Assembly (NCBI RefSeq): GCF_001194135.2
Contig: NC_068984.1
Coordinates: forward strand, 60,354,801 to 60,418,800
Direction of reading: 5' to 3'
DNA from: Octopus bimaculoides
Taxonomy: Eukaryota
DNA: 64,000 nucleotides
The translations under genes and the position numbers were made by a program. Of this stretch, positions 40,736 to 53,944 are shown in pieces (the first letter of the stretch is position 1; the number at the start of each line of letters is the position of its first letter). The notes below the pieces were generated by a model, which had not been told where the DNA came from, made no database searches, and saw nothing but the letters and a program-made list of their open reading frames with translations.

Positions 40736-41191
40736 AAATCGAAATCGAACTAAATTCGACGACTGGCACCCATGCCAATGTCGTCTCCTTCATTGGACAC
40801 AAAACTCGGCTTGTGAAGACTTGTTGGGGCAAGCGAAAGTGAAATCGTGATGGCACCTGTGCCCAGCGTCACCTTCCTGGCACGTGTAAAGACATTTGTG
40901 CGAGATCATGCCAGTGCCGCTGGACTGGCTCCTGTGCAGGTGGCACGTAAAATACACCATTTTGAGCGTGGCCATTGCCAGTACCACCTGACTGGCCTTC
41001 GTGCCGGTGGCACGTAAAAGCACCCACTACACTCTTGGAGTGGTTGGTGTTACAAAATGCATCCAGCTGTAGAAACTCTGCCAAATCAGATTGGAGCCTG
41101 GTGTAGCCATCTGGTTCACCAGTCCTCAGTCAAATCGTCCAACCCATGCTAGCATAGAAAGCGGATGTTAAACGATGATGATGATGATGAT
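40736..41191 (+). mobile_element. RTE LINE 3' UTR with extended repeated modules
   Basis: Same terminus as 17086-17513. Confidence 0.9.
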
Positions 41192-41209
41192 ATATCATAT
41201 AAGACATTT

Positions 41210-41620
41210 TAAATGTGACAGATCTGAGCATCTATCAACATTTCATTGATCTCATTCGGGTCATTAGGTCAATGTAACAACACTAGAAGTCAAGCCTCTA
41301 CTCCATGCATTTCTCTTGTAGTTGATGTATGGAAAATATCATGTCATTGATTCCTCATCCAGCATGAAAACTGATCGAGACTCCAAGAAGGAATATCTCG
41401 ATGTTTTGAATGATCCCTTCATAAATGGTTCTACTCAATATTACTCCCTACTATATATTTTCCATGCAGGGTGTAGAGGTATCCTGAGAATTATTACATA
41501 TGTCTTTACTATCTTTTAGTTTTTTCAGAGCAACACCTTCAGCAATGCACTCCTCAAATCTTGAGAAACTGTATCTGTTAACTCTGCTGGTAACAAAAGG
41601 GTTCTCTCCCAGAGTAAAAG
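41210..41620 (-). mobile_element. RTE LINE reverse-transcriptase fragment, decayed
   Basis: SFHAG*GINDMIFSIHQLQEKCME*..YIDL matches RTE GFRxGRGTxDMIFxxRQLQEKC. Confidence 0.75.
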
Positions 41621-41849
41621 GTAGGTTTATGATACCTGTGTATGAACTGAATGCAAAGAAACTGTGAAAACTAAAGAGAAATCAAACAAGTATGCTCTGT
41701 TGCATGTGCAATGTTAGTGGGCATGATCGATGGAATAGAAATGTTCATAAGCACAGGAATGAAATTTACTTAAGGGGTACAAGCCCAGATCCAACATTTT
41801 TTACAAACATGGTCGATTTTTTTCAGTCTTAATATCAAAATAAACACAA

Positions 41850-41904
<55 letters not shown>

Positions 41905-41943
41905 CATAACAATAATAATGATGATGATGATGATGATGATAAT

Positions 41944-43011
41944 AGAAAGCTGCTAACAATGCATAGAGCCCATCATCCACGTGCAGACACTAATCACCTA
42001 TACATGAAGAGAGCAAATGAAGGAAGGGGACTGATAAGTGTGGAAGACTGCATGCATATTGAACTCGAGAGTTTAATGAGTTACCTAGCCCAAAGTAAGG
42101 AAACCTTGCTAGTGACAGTTAGGAATGAGGGAATATTGAGAGCAGAGAAAAAAAAGGGAAAAAAAAGGAAGAAGTACAAAAAGGATGTGACGAAAAATTA
42201 CACAAGAAGGGACTACACAGTCAATTCCATGTAGCCACAACAGAAGTTGCTGGAAAAAATAGGTGGGATTGGCTGATGAAAGGAATCTTAAGAAAAGAAA
42301 CTGAAAGCACTATACTCTGCAGTGCAGGACCAAGCTTGGCCATGAACTGGAGGGTCAACCTTATGAATGAGCAAGTGTCTCTGCTGTGCTGCATCTACAA
42401 CAGAGTGGATGAAACCACTGCCCATATCATGAATGAATGTCCTAAGCTTGCTCAAAACCACTACAAGTTGTGGCAATATGACCAGATAACAAAAGTGTTA
42501 TATTGGAAACTGTGTGAAAAGTGGGGACTAGGGAGAAGCAAAACATGGTAAAATCCTCTCAGCTTTCCGAATCCAAAGAGATCAGGTGCTAGAGCATATC
42601 AGACCGGACCTAGTGGTGGTGGACAAGATGCACCATGTGTGCTGTATAGTTGATGCTGCATGCTCCTTTGATCCATGAATAGTCAAGAAGGAAGGCAAAA
42701 AGATAGATAGATACAACCCTCTTAAGTACTAAATAGCCCGGCTATGGAAAATGAAGAAGGTGAAGACTGTGCCAATTGTTGTTTGGTCGCTGGGAACAAA
42801 ATCAGAAGGCATCAAGAAGAATATAAAGGAAATTGGAATAGAGTGCCCAGTAGAACTGTTACAAAAAGTTTGCCTCCTTGGCATGGCCAGAATAATCGGA
42901 AAAGTATTAGCTAGCTGAAAAGAGTGAATAGCATGGTACTGTAGGCTGCAGGATGTAAGCTCGCTACACATGCAAGACTCCAGGAGCTCCAACAAAACCT
43001 GTGATAAAGAG
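41944..43011 (+). mobile_element. R4/Dong-type RLE retrotransposon, 5'-truncated and decayed
   Basis: RKLLTMHRAHHPRADTNHLYMKR..GRGLISVEDC, KETEST, HIMNECPKLAQNHYK, RPDLVVVDK. Flanked by (TAA)n/(TGA)n at left and (TAA)n at right. Confidence 0.92.
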
Positions 43012-43017
43012 ATAATG

Positions 43018-43052
<35 letters not shown>

Positions 43053-43053
43053 T

Positions 43054-43179
43054 AGGAAAGTTAAGATGTGTTACCATTGTGGGAAGAAAGGCTCATCATT
43101 GAACCATCTGTTTATGGATGACCTGAAATTGTTTGCGAAATCTGAAAATCAGATAGATTCCTTAACAGAAACAGTCCAT
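43054..43179 (+). mobile_element. isolated R4/Dong-type RT catalytic fragment
   Basis: GKKGSSLNHLFMDDLKLFAKSENQIDSLTETV, containing the FxDD motif. Confidence 0.8.
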
Positions 43180-43302
43180 TAAATGATGATGACGATGGCA
43201 ACGACGTATGTTCATGCACACATATGCACATACATGCATACACGCACACACACTGCTATGAATAGACATACATCCTCACATACATAGATAAACATTATTG
43301 TG

Positions 43303-43745
43303 ATCATCATTTAAAGTTCACTTTTCCATGCTTTCATGGGCTGGATACAATTTGTTGAGGCAGATTTTCCACAGCCACTTGCCCTTTCTGTTGCCAAGCC
43401 TCATCTTTTTCCAAGTAAGATAATATTTCCCCCAGACCAGACATGTTTTCACGGAAGACTAGAAATGCAGGACACTCCTTGCAAGATTGTAACATGCATT
43501 TATAACTATTACATGAGATCAGATTTTGGATACAGTATCTCTCTCTCTCTCTCTCTCTTTCACACACACACACACACACACACATGATGGGCTCCTTTTA
43601 GATCTTGTCTACCAAATCCACTCTCAAGGTTTTGGTCTGCTCATGGCTATAGAAGAAGACACTTGCCCTAAGAATTCTGCAGCAGGACTGAACCTGAGAC
43701 TGTGTGATTGAGAAGCAAACTTCTTACCACACAGACTTCCCTGTG
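43303..43745 (-). mobile_element. SINE family F, full length
   Basis: Family C head, then a distinct body and a tail GGCTTGGCAACAGAAAGGGC..GCATGGAAAAGTGAACTTTAAATGATG resembling the RTE 3' end. Confidence 0.8.
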
Positions 43746-44391
43746 CCTATCCTCATATATATTTTAATATTTTCACACATGCATAATATTGATGTATATA
43801 TGTTTGTATGTATGTATGTATGTATGTATGTATGTATGTATGTATGTATGTATGTATGTACACACACACACACACACACACGCACATATATTTATATGTA
43901 TGTATTTATGTGTACATTTAAGTGGTTAAATGCAGTAGAGGAATAGACAGGCTTGGCATGTGATGTTTTCTTTGATAAATAATAAATATAGCATTCTTTA
44001 AAAAAATTAGCAGCTATGTTGATTGATAAACATTATCAATAAATGAATAGTTCTTCACTTCAGATAGCAGAAATCTTAACTGTAATGCAGAAAACACCTC
44101 AGTGCCATCTCGTATTACCCCAGTAATAAATAAATAGAAAACTAACAACAAACAAATAGAAAACTAAGTTCAAAATCAAGTTCTTGAAATGTTTTTGAAT
44201 TCAATATTTTTAATTCTTTGACATGAAGAAAATGGTTTTAGAAAGGAGTATTTTCCAATCTTTAGAACTGGAAATAACTATTCAAATTCTATCAGATGTG
44301 TTGTGATAAAGCCAGAGGAGTGACTTAAAACATATAGTAACTTGGAACTAATAAATGTGCCACTATACAGTTGCATGACTTACTAGAAATG

Positions 44392-44765
44392 CTGCTTGCT
44401 GGCACTCCGTCACTTACAACGTCGAGTGTTCCAGTTGATCCAATCAACGGAACAGCCTGCTCGTGAAATTAACGTGCAAGTGGCTGAGCACTCCACAGAC
44501 ACGTAGTTTTTGGGGATATTCTGCATGACACGGTGTGACAAGGCTGACCCTTTGAATTACAGGCACAGCAGAAACAGGAAGTAAGAGTGAGAGAAAGTTG
44601 TGGTGGAAGAGTACAGCAGGTTTCGCCACCATCCCCTGCCGGAGCCTCGTGGAGCTTTAGGTGTTTTCGCTCAATAAACACTCACAACGCCTGGTCTGGG
44701 AATCAAAACAGTGATCCTATGACTGCGAGTCCGCTGCCCTAACCACTGGGCCATTGCACCTCCAC
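44392..44765 (-). mobile_element. SINE family D
   Basis: Homologous to 24905-25300, with 10-bp TSD ACTAGAAATG at 44382-44391 and 44766-44775. Confidence 0.92.
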
Positions 44766-44822
44766 ACTAGAAATGAGAGTGAGTGAATAACTCTCAAATC
44801 ACATCCATGACCATTCTGCTTG

Positions 44823-45155
44823 CTCAGGGATATCTGGCACTCTGTCGTTTATGACAACAAGGGTTCCAGTTGATTCACTGAATGAAACAGCCTGCTCATG
44901 AAATTAATGTGCAAGTGGCTGAGCCCTCCACAGAGATGCATACCCTTAATGTAGTCCTCAGGGAGACTAAGTGTGATACAGGATGTTACAAGATGTAAAC
45001 CCTTTGAGTTACAGGCAGAACTCAGTTTTGCCAGCTGAGTGGACTGGAACAACATGAAATAAAGTGTCTTGCTCAAAGATACGACACTCCACTAGGAATT
45101 GAACTCACGACCTTATGCTCATGAGCCGAATACCCTAACCACTAAGTCACACTGC
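44823..45155 (-). mobile_element. SINE family E
   Basis: Homologous to 14570-14885. Confidence 0.85.
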
Positions 45156-45258
45156 TATACCTGTGTGTATATGCACACGTCCATGCACATATGTTTGTGT
45201 GTAAATATATATAGTGTGTATGTGTGTGTGTGTGTGCGTGCATATGTATGTATGTGTC

Positions 45259-45302
<44 letters not shown>

Positions 45303-45984
45303 ATGTATGTGTATGTGTATATANNNNNNNNNNGTATATATGTGTGTGTGTGTGTGCATTGCCTTGTGTGTGTATATGTGCATATCGATTGAGCTGTTGT
45401 ATCTGCAGACAAACTCAGCAAAAGTTGTTTGACTAATTCTTCTTGCATCAGAATTTTACATCAGACATTTTCTCTGCAGTTTTCATAACAGAAAAGCAAT
45501 GTTTGTTGTGTCATGTTCTGGCACTAAACCAAATTGTTTATGCTGTTGATATTAATTTCATTTCGATCCTGAATCACATTGATCATTTTCCGTAACTCTT
45601 ATATTCCTTTGCCAATTAGTTTCCAAAACTTCTGTAATTTCCTCCCCCGAGAATAACCAGCTATAAATCTCATTTTAATCTTCAATGGGACATCCTTGTC
45701 ATTCAGTAGTTGTCAGGTTAAGGTGCCAGACCGCAAATCAATATGATTAGGGACTTTTAAACTAGCTTATAGCTATTTGTAAGCCTTCTGAGATATTCAT
45801 TTGTAAACATATTTGCTCAAATTGTTTGTATGTGTTTAGAAGAATTGTAATACTCAACAAAGATACACAGCTTCTATGAAAGAGAGTTGTCTCCCATTCC
45901 TACAACTTGGTGGCATGTTTTAAAATACACCACATCTTATATAGATACTGGAGTGTTATCTATTTGTTAATAATTTTTTATCAT

Positions 45985-46410
45985 GTCATAGGTGTAGACA
46001 TGACTGTGTGGTTATGAAGCACATTTTGCAACCATGTGGTTTTGGTTTCAGTCCCATTGTGTGGCACCTGGATAAAGTGTCTTCTAGTGCAGCCCCAAGC
46101 TGAGCAATACTTTGTGATTGAATTTGGTAGATGAAACTGTTGGAGCTTATTGTGTAATCTATATATGTATGTATATCTATATATGTATATCTATATATGT
46201 ATATCTATATATGTATGTGTGTCTCAGTTTGTGTTTGCCCCACCAACTACGGGACAACTGCTGTTGATTTGCTTACATCCCTATAACTTAGTGGTTCAGC
46301 AGTTAAGAGCAATAGAATAAAGTAGCAAGAGTTAATTTGTTTGATTAAATCTTTCAAGACTGTACTCCAGCAAGGCCACAATCTAATAAATAAAACAAAT
46401 AATAAAAGAT
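45985..46410 (+). mobile_element. SINE family C, diverged full length
   Basis: Head, central (TA)-rich tract and tail all present. Confidence 0.75.
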
Positions 46411-47663
46411 AATATATTTCATAGAATAAACATCATCTAGTTTTTCTCTGTCCATTCTTTATTTCTTCTAAAACAGAAATGTTCTGGAAGACAGCTAAAT
46501 TCAAAACATTAACTTTCTTTTGTGATTGTCTGGCTAACTTCAACAACCCTGTGTCTGTATACAACCATTGAGCATTATCTTTAATATACCATTTTGAAGA
46601 TAAATAAATTACTAAAATATATATCATGTTGCTTTCTTAATCAGGAACCTCTTACTGTAAGCTTTTATAGTTTTCTAGTATATCTTAACAACAAAAAAAT
46701 TATCTCTTTACCTTTCTGTCTGTCTTTCTCTCTGGCTGTTCATCCACCCATCTATCCATCTGTGTGTATGTCTGCCTGCTAATTTATATATTATCTTTTG
46801 GCTGTTGAATTCTAAATCTCTAATACACAGATCTGTTACTGGTTGTCTGTGGACATAGATCTCTCCCTACTCCTCTTATTTTGAGAATTTTCTTCCCTAT
46901 CCTTTTCCTAATATAACAGGTCAGGTGTGCCATGTCTTTGTGCTAAGCCTAACCATTTTTGATTGTTTCCACCAACTGAAAGATCAATATAGAAACAAAA
47001 ATCAAAAAAGGACTTGACAAATATGTAGTCTTCTATAGGTTAACCTGTCACTTGTAAGGCTATGGGAGGATTTCTTCTTACTAGAACTTCCAAGAGTAAT
47101 ATTTCTGCTTTCATTTGACCCTGAAGCAACTGCAACTTCTTCCTTCCTTCCTCACATCAACCTCTTTGTTTTTGGAATACTGGCAACTGGAACTACCATA
47201 CATGATTACACGGTTGTACATAGTATCATTGATGACAATGATGATGACGATGATGACAGTTCTGGTGGTGGTGAAGGAAAAGAATAACTGCTAATAATTT
47301 GCTCTCATTCTGGTTGCTATTGTTGTCTGATACCCAGGTCACCTCTGATTGAGAAGGCCTATGGCATGGCATGTATGCATGCAAATAGTTTGTTGAACAC
47401 CTTGGCATGATCCACATATTTAATGCTCCACACATATCTTGCTTTTTCCTAGCTGAGAATCACAGTTCTTATGCTGACATGCAGTGAAGGATTGTATGAA
47501 ATGCATTCTGTTTTTCTACATCTGATTCCAGTGGTGATCTTAACAGAGACGAGGAAGGTGGACTTGGTTGGAATATGTTAATTACTGTCTCTTTATATTC
47601 AACATTGGTGTTGTTCATCTCAATACAGTGAGACTAATGAAGCTAGAGCTATTCCTGTATGTA

Positions 47664-47880
47664 TGAGGAGGTGCTGGAAAGTTCCTGGCTTTAAGGGTGT
47701 TGTGAAAGGCCTGGTTGAAGGCCCAGCATTCCGATCCCTTATAAAGGGCTTAGAAAAACTGAAGGACCACTGCAATAAGCATGTGAATCTGAGTGGGGAA
47801 TATATTGAATAAAATCATAATTAACTGATCCTCCTGTATTTTCTTTTATCCAAAGCCAGGGACTTTTCAGTGCCTTATTG
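47664..47880 (+). mobile_element. mariner-derived MITE, second copy
   Basis: TA-flanked. Retains the transposase C-terminus GLEKLKDHCNKHVNLSGEYIE*. Confidence 0.85.
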
Positions 47881-48756
47881 TATATATTTTTTAATGATTC
47901 TCTGCACTGAAAGGAAGAGACAGCATTGTAACATTATAGCTGCTGTTGTATTGTTTTGACATATTGTGTGTATGATATTGTATGTATGAATTTTTGGAGA
48001 TGATTACTCATGTAGTAGAAGAGACTGTGTGGGTTGGATGCTGCTGTGTTCTGGTGATTTGCCATCTGTTTTACTTGAATATGCATATGTTTATGGAGCT
48101 AGTCAATTAACGAAGTATTTGATTGGATTTTTAGGATATAAACATCCCATCATTATTGTGCATGGTGTTTTTGTCAGAAATCTATGTTGGATATTGGGTT
48201 ATCAATGCAAAGGTCTTGAGTTCAAAAAGAAAAAAAGAAAAAAAAATTAAAATTCTGAATGCATTCTACAGCATATTTGGACAGTGCATTTAATGCTGTA
48301 TGCCTTGGCTCAATTAGCTGTCAAATCATTTGAGATGATTTGGAAAACCTTGACTGAAAGGTCAACCATAATGCATATTGATGTGCAAAGAATCTCCATA
48401 AGGCTCTCATAAAAGATAATGTGCATTGAAGGAAAGAATAATGTATTCTAAAAAGCAAAATGTTGATATTTTCTAGGATATTAAAAACCAAAATAAAGGA
48501 AAATAATGTCGGATATTGAACATTGAAATATAGATGTAAACTGTTTGGAAGTATTATCATTATAGACTGTCATTAATTCAGACATTTTAATTGGAAAAAA
48601 GAATCATCTTTGACACCTCTTCATGTCAGAATAACATGAGGGAACTCCACCCAAAAGAAAATAACAATTAATTAATCTCAGAAAGTTTCCTTGATATTAA
48701 AAGTATTTGACTTTCTAGAATTTTAAAAAAACAATGATTATAGTGATGAATGCAAT

Positions 48757-48837
<81 letters not shown>

Positions 48838-48859
48838 AAGAAGAAAGGAGGAGAGAGAA

Positions 48860-49265
48860 AAACTAGGAAGAAATTCAATATGGAGGATGTCATCATAGAG
48901 CAGGAGTAGCAAGATTGTTTTTACCTATAAAGGAAAGTGGTAGAGGTTTAATATCATAAGGAGACTGTGCAGAGTTAGCTATGGTAGAAATAACCTCCTA
49001 TGTAATAGTGTGGACATTTTATTGAGCTGCTAGTATAACAGTAGGAGAGAGGGAAACCAAGAGGCCAAATGTAGTTAAAAACCAGAAAAAAAGAAGCAAG
49101 TTTATCTGACTGGCAAGAGAAGACATTGTATTTCCAAAGATAGTTGCTGAAAATAGTAATATAGAGACATGGTTACAGTTGCAGAAAGGAAGGCTGAAAA
49201 GGGTAAGTTTGTTAGTGGCAGCACAAGATCAGGCATCAAAGACTTACTGGATAAAGGATCATTTC
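48860..49265 (+). mobile_element. older R4/Dong-type fragment
   Basis: HHRAGVARLFLPIKESGRGLIS*GDC..TWLQLQKGRLKR..LLVAAQDQA, preceded by (AAC)n(AAT)n. Confidence 0.75.
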
Positions 49266-49837
49266 TCTGTGTTTACTTGTCCTGTTTTCCGTTTTTCTTG
49301 TTGTTTATGTATTTCATGTTGTTTGAACTGTTGGTGATGTCCTGTACCCATATATGCATGTATATATATTTATATACGATATGCAGCGTGGAATTTTGTC
49401 AGTGAACAGGTCGCGGTCTCAAAGCGACAAAAATATTTTAGCAAATTAAATTTTAATGTTGAAGTGAACCTAACGGTATTTGTGTGTTTCTTAAATGGCT
49501 TATAAACACCTTCCACGCTGCAATTGTTTTTGTTCCAGCACACATTCTCAGATCAGGTCGCTTGCTATGCAAGTACATCTCCGTAATACTGTATATTATT
49601 TACTATTTATTATATNNNNNNNNNNNNNNNNNNNNNNNNNNNNNNNNNNNNNNNNNNNNNNNNNNNNNNNNNNNNNNNNNNNNNNNNNNNNNNNNNNNNN
49701 NNNNNNNNNNNNNNNNNNNNNNNNNNNNNNNNNNNNNNNNNNNNNNNNNNNNNNNNNNNNNNNNNNNNNNNNNNNNNNNNNNNNNNNNNNNNNNNNNNNN
49801 NNNNNNNNNNNNNNNNNNNNNNNNNNNNNNNNNNNNT

Positions 49838-50098
49838 GGTAGACAGAAACTGAAAGAAGCTCGTCGTATATATGTATATATATGTGTATGTATGTGTTTG
49901 TGTTTCTGTGTTTGTCCCCATAACATCGCTTGACAACCGATGGTGGTGTGTTTACATCCTCGTAACTTAGCAGTTCAGCAAAAGAGACCGATAGAATAAG
50001 TACTAGGCTTCCAAAGAATAAGTCCTGGGGTCTATTTGCTCGACTAAAGGTGGTGCTCCAGCATGGCCACAGTCAAATGACTGAAACAAGTAAAGAAT
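49838..50098 (+). mobile_element. SINE family C, 3' part after a gap
   Basis: High similarity to family C. Confidence 0.9.
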
Positions 50099-50805
50099 AT
50101 ACCAAACTAGTTTCAATAATTTTGTGCTTATCACTGATACAAATATATATGAAAAAAAAAGGGGGTTTAGGAGAGTTTAACATTACAAAGTGAAAATTGG
50201 TCGAAAATGTTCAAACCATCATATGTTCAAATATTCACAGAAATTTCAATAAGCTTCAGAGGTATGGATAGTAATATCATTACAAATGTACATTATTGAA
50301 AGTTCAGTCATATTGAATTTTTATAAAATAAGTGGAGAAGAAAGAGAAAAAGGTGGAGAGAAAGAAAAACAATTTTCTTTTTACAATTTCTGTCGTGGTT
50401 CAAGTAGTTCTTGTTTTTCAGTTTCACTTGACTGGTCTCTTCACCTTTCATGGATTGGTGTAATTGGAAAATACTTTGGGTTCAAGTTTTTAGTATATAT
50501 ATGTTTTTATGGAAAAGGATCTAATTTTTGATTGGTTATAATTTTGATGGCATTTTATTCTTTTCTTGTGGGTATTTTGGTCAAAAAACCTTTCTTTTGA
50601 CAAATTTTAGTATTTTGGTTGGTTGGCTTCCTGGTGACGACCATGGTCAAGGAACAGGTTCTGATTGGTTGTAGGTTTTGTGACTTTATTTTGATCAAAA
50701 ATATTTTCCTATTTTGGACAACATATTTTTGTTTTGGTAAAGTTCAGCGTTCTGCTTGGTTGACTTCCTTGTAGGGACTCAGTAATTTGTTGTTTTTTTT
50801 CTTCT

Positions 50806-50851
<46 letters not shown>

Positions 50852-51578
50852 NNNNNNNNNNCACTTTCCATCTACCAAATCCATGCACAAGGTGTAGTGG
50901 CCAAAAGCTATAGCAAAAGACACTTGCCTAAGGGGCTATGCAGTTGGACTGAACCCCAAATCACAAAGTTGGGAAGCAAACTTCTTAACCACACTGTCAT
51001 GCAGACTAAAAACCAGATCCATTCTAATCTTCATTTTCTATATCATTGAAAAATATTGATAAACTGATCGTATTATAGTTATTTCCTTTTCCATTGATTT
51101 TGGGATTTTAGACATCCCTTCTTCACTTACAGAGCTGCTATCCAGTGGTGGTCTTTTCTGGAAGCAATTTATATCATAAGCTTTCTTTACTAACAATTTA
51201 CAAAATTACACTTGTTAAAAGAAACTGTACAAAAGAAGATCATATAAGAATTATTAAAATAAGATGTACTAGATAGTGTTGTCCAAGGTAGACTATGCCT
51301 GAGGAAAAAACTTGAAGGGATAATCATAATTGAGATGTGTTTGCTAAAAGATCTCCTCCATTAAGTTTGATTAGAACCTAAATAACATCAATACCAGCAT
51401 GATAAGTCAATGAAAGAGTGCTTAATCAACTTTTGATTGCTTAATCAACCTGAAATTGTAGTTAAATCTCCCTCATATTGCACTGTATTATGTTAAAAAA
51501 TGTAGTTCTAGATACAATGCGTGTTTTAAAAATAGGTATGGAACAATCATAGCTTGAATGCTTTTGATAATAAATCTA

Positions 51579-52815
51579 TCAGGTCATTAAGAATGAAATG
51601 TCTGATTTTGAACAGAAAGTTTATTTTACTTTATCTCAACAAAAAGCAATGCAGTTAATCAAAGTTTGCACCTAATTTATCAACACAATTTTGCCATTTT
51701 ATCGGTAGCTTATTTATGCCTGGAGCGAAGAATTCTGAAGAGCAAGAGGTGATGAAATCACGAAAGGCTGTTTTTGCATCTTCTTCAGATTCAAATTTTT
51801 TTCCTTGCAAGATGTTGTCTAATGCCTGGAAAACATGATAGTCAGTTGGTGCAAGGTCTGGTGAATATGGTAGATGATAGAGTACTTCCAAGTTCAGTTC
51901 CTGTAACTTGAGCAGTGTTCTTTGTGCAACATGTGGTCAAGCATTCTCTTGCAAGAGAATTGGCCTGTCTGTATCGACCAGTCTTGGTTGTTTAATTGCA
52001 AGTTCACACATCGTTTCATCCAATTGGTTTATGTACACATCCGCTTTAATTGATTTACCAAGTCTCATGAATGACACCAGCACTGTTTTTGGTGAATTTT
52101 CTTTTTTGGATTGTGTTTTGGCATCTTGTCTCTATCCAACCACTGTGCAGAATGCTTGTTATTGTTGAAAAGAATCCCTTTTTCATCACACAATGATACA
52201 ATGCAAAAATGGTTTGCTTTTATGCTGTGACAGCAAAAAACAACAAGTTTCAAAATGAGGTGTTGTTTGATGCTTGTTTAGTTTATATGGTACCCATTTG
52301 TTCAGCTTCTTAACCATGACAACTTGTTTCAGATGGTCCTATATAATTGGAATCGAAACATCAAACCTTACTGCTTACTCACGTGTAGTTTGAGATGTAT
52401 TCACTTCCACTACAGTTTCCAGCTCATCATGATCTACCTTGGTCTTAGGTCTACCATAGGGCTGATTCTCAAGAGTAAATTCACCAGACTGGAACTTCTC
52501 AAACCATCGATGTACAGTGCACTCATTCACCACATCTTACGAAATGCCTCATTGATGTTTCAAGCTGTCTGGGATGCATTGGTTCCATGACAGAACTCAT
52601 ATTCATAAACAACACGAATTTTTGATCTATCTATGGGTTCACAAAAATCGATTTACAAAAGAAAACTCACAATATAATCAGATACCATGAATTGCATTTG
52701 AAAAAGTGATGCTTCAATGTTGTAAAACAAAGAATTGTCAGGATAAAACATTACAGTTAATGACTGACAAACTTGGTGCATAAGAAAATCGGACATTTCA
52801 TTTTTAATGATCAGA
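51579..52815 (-). mobile_element. full-length dead mariner (DD34D) transposon, ~1.24 kb
   Basis: TA-flanked; the 33-nt termini including TA match with 4 mismatches. Inserted in a family G element. Confidence 0.95.
51655..52634 (-). pseudogene. mariner transposase pseudogene
   Basis: RSKIRVVYEYEF..TVHRWFEKF..GRP..KWVPYKL, CDEK, QENA*PH, YSPDLAPTDY motifs. Start codon lost; multiple stops and frameshifts. Confidence 0.93.
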
Positions 52816-53701
52816 TATTTTCGTTCATGGCTAACAGGAGCTAAACAACAACAGTAACAAATCCAACAACAACAACAGCAGTAGCAACAGTAACAGCAAC
52901 AACAACAACACCCAAACCTTAGTGACTACTGGTAAGATTATGCTTTGTGGAGGTCTAATAAGGCTGAAACATGTGTGGAGTTGTCACTTATTTACCGAAG
53001 ATCAAACTCACTTCCCACTGCAAATCTCTATTCAGTTTCTTGTTGGATAAGTGCATACAGTGGGAAGTGAATCTGTAATTAGTAATTAGTTTCTTCTTTG
53101 GAATGTCACTCTTGCCTGTCTTAATCAGAATTATCACAGAAGCTAATGACTTATTTTTTTACTTCACTGCAAATGTAATTTTAATTAATCAGACACTCTT
53201 ATGACTATAAAACTATGTTAGCCTTTATTTAAATGCATGGTCTTTATGCAGAAGATATCCCTGGCAAATTCTTCACCCAGCTATTATTCTTAAAGATTAG
53301 CTTTGCACTTTCTTTAGAACACATCAATATGTTGACAGTTGAAGCTGGTGTGAAATGCAATTCATGTAGTAAACAGCTCTAACTGGGACATGAAATCTTG
53401 TATGTCCTTGTCTCTTAACAAAAGAGGAAAAAAAAAAAAAAGAAAAGAATAGTGTCTGCCTAATTATCCATTTTGTAGGAAGCAATGATTGTCTCCATTG
53501 GGAATCGTAATTCCTCACACTGTTTATGTAGGATCTGTTTATCTCTGGAATATAAGGTGTTTATGGTAGATGGAATTGAAATACTGATATAAATAAGAGA
53601 GTGAATTTTGTCTTGTCTCTCAGGGAATATCTCCTACTCCCCCTCCTTTTGCACTATTTCTTTTTCTTTCACACATATGTGCATACTGAAAAGAAGCAAT
53701 C

Positions 53702-53756
<55 letters not shown>

Positions 53757-53944
53757 GCACACATGCACCCCGCCTACACACACACGCACAATTGTGCGTG
53801 CACACACACACACACCCCTCATGCAAATAGTTACACTCATTCACTTATGCTCAGAAGTGAATGGGTGAGAAATGAACAAACATACATACGTGAGGGTTTG
53901 TATCTATTCAAATATATCTGAAGAAAGCTAACTAACACACACAC

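Noticed and set aside
41529-41620. Plus-strand exon with strong acceptor and donor
   Set aside because: The region is explained by an antisense RTE RT fragment; this also shows how easily false exons arise here.
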